From positions 1-42,251 of the forward strand of contig DATBXC010000097.1 of assembly GCA_036514455.1 (NCBI GenBank): 42,251 nucleotides of DNA, given 5' to 3'. Under the pieces are notes generated by a model. It did not search any database. It was not told where the DNA came from and saw nothing but the letters and a program-made list of their open reading frames with translations. Below, in pieces: positions 40,088-42,251 of this stretch. The position numbers and the translations under genes are program-made. The stretch is from Thermoplasmata archaeon. GTDB taxonomy: Archaea; Thermoplasmatota; Thermoplasmata; RBG-16-68-12. Numbering within the stretch: position 1 is the stretch's first letter; each line of letters opens with the position of its first letter.

Positions 40088-42251
40088 GTGCCATTCTCGC
40101 TCATCGCGGTGATTGCCCTGCTCCTCGCGGGGCTCAGCTCGGTCTACGTGGCGACGACGGGGCGGCAGGCCGCGGAGGCGGAGGTCCAGCTCCAGCAGCT
40201 CCGGGTCCTCGAGTCCGTGGCGGGTGCGGTCCACCACGGCGTCGAGCTCGAGGCGCACGCCCTCGCGCTCGAGGCGATCCAGCGGGCGTCCGCGGGCCCG
40301 GGGGACCCCGACCGCGCGAACCGGGAGTTCGAGCGCCTCGTCGCGGAGCGCCTGGAGCCGAGCTTCCCGCGGGACGTCCGCGGCTTCACGGTGTCCCTCG
40401 ACGCGGTCCGCGTCGCGATGTTCCTCCAGCCGATGCGGACGATCGACGTCGTCCCGTCCGGGCGTGCCTTGCCGGTGTCCCCCGACCGGACCGCGGAGGC
40501 CCTGGACACGTCCCGCCCCGCCGTCCTGGGGGAGACGTCGCGGGTCGCGTACTTCAGCCTCGCCGGGTCCGCGAACTACACGGTGGCCCGCGGGGACTCC
40601 GTGTACCGGGCGGGATTCCCCTTCCGGGGCCTCGTCGACTCCCCGTTCCCCTTGCTCCAGTCCGCGGTCCAGGGTCTCCGGGACGCCGCGGACGGGTCCG
40701 AGTCCGAGTTCGCGCGGATCGTGCGGTACGTCCTCACGACCGCCGCGCAGTTCCGCGTCCTCCAAGGGGTCGCGATGGACCCGTATGGCGAGCCGGGCAC
40801 GTCGACCGGAAGCGTCCTGACGCCGACCGACGTCGAGATCGCGGTGAACCTGGCCCTGATGCTCGAGGAGCTGCGGAGGTTCCGGGACGTCGACGAGCGG
40901 TCCCCGGCCGCGCTCGACGCGCTCCATTTCCTGAACCGGGCGGGACGGTACGCGGGCCAGGGCCTCGTGCCGGACGTGACCGAGCGCACGATGGACCGGC
41001 TCCTCCAGGCGTACGCGGGGGGCGGGGCCACGGACCCCGCGGACCTCTTCGCGCTGTACAGCGCCTTTGACGCGGCCCCCGTGCGGTTGAACCGCGTCCT
41101 CGCGCAGGTCCTGTCCGCCCTCCTGGACCAGCAGATTCTCCGGGTGTTCGAGTACCTCGGGGCCGAGTCGGCCCTGGACTGGGGGCTCAAGGGGTGGGAG
41201 GAGTCCGTGCGGGACATCGAGGCGTTCCTCTCCTGGGTCACGGGCGGGAGCCACGAGGCGGAGCTCGTGAAGGGTTTCGTTCGGGAGCTGTTCTCGATGG
41301 CGGGGGAACCCGCCACGCTCCTCGGGCCGTATCCCGTGGACCTCCCCGCGCGGGACTACACCGTGCCGAACGCGGACGGGACCCCGTTGACCGTCTCCGT
41401 CGCCGCCCACACGACTCCCGTCGAGTTCGATGCGGTGGACGTGTTCAACGACCACGACGACCTGTGGAAGGCCCACTACGACGCCGTGTTCGCGGACCAG
41501 GTCCGGGTCGTCCACCAATCCGCGCGGGACTTCCTGACGGACCTCGCTTCGCGGGTCGCGAACGACCTGAGCCTGATGGGGGCGATCCCGAACCCGACGC
41601 TGCAGGGCGCGATCGACCCGAAGGACGCGGAGTCCGTGACGGAGTTCGTCCGGCGGGCCCTCGACTCGGGCCTGGACCAGGCGATCGCCCGCCTGCGGAG
41701 CGACCCCGCGTACCTCGACGCCCTGATCGGGAACGCGTGGCGCGCGCAGGCGGACACGGTCCGAGAGGTCGTGGACTTCGTGATCGCGGACCACGACGCG
41801 CTCGCGTCCAGCACGGCCCAGATCGGGCTCGCGCGCGACCGGCTCGCGGCGCACCTCGAGGACCAGGCGCCTTTGGACCCGGACTACTGGTCCCTGGACG
41901 CCACCGGGCTGCAGGGCCTCCGGGACGCGATTCGGGCGGACGTGGACGCGGCCTCGTGGGTCCCGTGGGGGTACGTGAAGGCGACGGACCGGGACCGCGC
42001 GCGGCTCGAGTCCGTCTACGCGCGCGCCACGGACGCGGCGACGCCGCCCGAGGGCGGCGGGATCTACCAGCGCCTGCGGGACCTCGTCGTCGGCGAGACG
42101 GGGATCCTGTCGCGGGGCGGGGAGATCCTGCGGGCCTGGGGGAACGGGCTCCTCTCCGCGGAAGACCTGCACAACGTCAAGCTCCTCGTCGAGACGCCCG
42201 CGGACCCGTTCGAGTTCTGGCATGGCGACCGGGAGGCCGCGGTCGTGGCGG
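40088..42251 (+). CDS. Large hypothetical protein, N-terminally membrane-anchored; 5' 721 codons only, since the gene runs off the right edge
   Basis: Absent from the ORF track because it is edge-truncated. The frame is open from the TAA at 40016-40018 to the window end, with strong GC3 bias and normal amino-acid composition. The first conventional start is the GTG at 40088, giving (M)PFSLIAVIALLLAGLSSVYVATTGRQAAEAEVQLQQLRVLES... It is largely helical and rich in Asp, Ala and Leu. No family is recognised. The 736-aa antisense track ORF 40013..42223 is the artefact. Confidence 0.7.
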   Translation, partial: MPFSLIAVIALLLAGLSSVYVATTGRQAAEAEVQLQQLRVLESVAGAVHHGVELEAHALALEAIQRASAGPGDPDRANREFERLVAERLEPSFPRDVRGFTVSLDAVRVAMFLQPMRTIDVVPSGRALPVSPDRTAEALDTSRPAVLGETSRVAYFSLAGSANYTVARGDSVYRAGFPFRGLVDSPFPLLQSAVQGLRDAADGSESEFARIVRYVLTTAAQFRVLQGVAMDPYGEPGTSTGSVLTPTDVEIAVNLALMLEELRRFRDVDERSPAALDALHFLNRAGRYAGQGLVPDVTERTMDRLLQAYAGGGATDPADLFALYSAFDAAPVRLNRVLAQVLSALLDQQILRVFEYLGAESALDWGLKGWEESVRDIEAFLSWVTGGSHEAELVKGFVRELFSMAGEPATLLGPYPVDLPARDYTVPNADGTPLTVSVAAHTTPVEFDAVDVFNDHDDLWKAHYDAVFADQVRVVHQSARDFLTDLASRVANDLSLMGAIPNPTLQGAIDPKDAESVTEFVRRALDSGLDQAIARLRSDPAYLDALIGNAWRAQADTVREVVDFVIADHDALASSTAQIGLARDRLAAHLEDQAPLDPDYWSLDATGLQGLRDAIRADVDAASWVPWGYVKATDRDRARLESVYARATDAATPPEGGGIYQRLRDLVVGETGILSRGGEILRAWGNGLLSAEDLHNVKLLVETPADPFEFWHGDREAAVVA

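Noticed and set aside
40013-42223. 736-aa minus-strand ORF at the right end
   Set aside because: Its composition is skewed to Arg, Pro, Val, Asp, Glu and Gly, and it has no motifs. The opposite-strand frame is open to the window edge, with proper GC3 bias and an N-terminal TM helix.
1-42251. Search for CRISPR arrays, transposases, integrases, rRNA genes and known defence-system genes
   Set aside because: I saw no spacer-interrupted repeat arrays, no DDE, serine or tyrosine recombinase motifs, and no rRNA-like sequence. The SNF2 module lacks the methyltransferase, nuclease or phospholipase partners expected for DISARM-like defence systems within this window.

Overview
Very GC-rich archaeal chromosomal segment. 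It has split rpoA'/rpoA'', unsplit rpoB, rpoH, rpoK, aEF-1beta, L30e, archaeal NusA, MBF1, PAN and CDC48. Promoters appear as isolated AT-rich TATA-like islands, and many genes are joined by overlapping stop/start codons (GTGA, ATGA, TGATG). I could support about 37 protein genes and one tRNA.

The backbone is housekeeping:
- pan (edge-truncated), mbf1, a DUF2240-like gene, a HisA-like gene
- rpoK, a ZPR1-type zinc-finger gene, cdc48, mvk, hutI-like amidohydrolase
- an ArsB/NhaD-type permease, a sugar-nucleotidyltransferase, a coiled-coil protein, ksgA, a radical-SAM gene
- the rpoH-rpoB-rpoA'-rpoA''-rpl30e-nusA operon
- a Zn-ribbon gene with aEF-1beta, and tupABC

Four things stand out:
1. 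A translationally coupled three-gene module (3084-9090). It encodes a wHTH regulator, an intact stand-alone KaiC-like ATPase, and a 1551-aa chimeric protein. That protein begins with a motif-degenerate KaiC-like domain. It continues through a helical repeat region, a zinc ribbon, a GRTNGLTNGL tandem-repeat tract, a TM helix and a roughly 930-aa ectodomain, and ends in a PEF-CTERM-like sorting signal. This is my best candidate for an undescribed system.
2. A tRNA-Lys(UUU) interrupted by three introns (D-loop, anticodon loop, T-loop), sitting directly upstream of rpoH.
3. An SNF2-family ATPase translationally coupled to a 491-aa partner with a poly-CxxC tail, placed immediately downstream of the RNA polymerase operon.
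4. A small gene bracketed by two copies of the same long palindrome.

The RNAP subunits also carry apparent extra modules: an HhH plus basic tail and a Zn ribbon in A'', and a Zn ribbon in B. Three genes are absent from the supplied ORF track. Two are edge-truncated and one is under 60 aa. Many long ORFs in the track are off-frame or antisense artefacts of the high GC content. No CRISPR array, transposase or integrase was seen.
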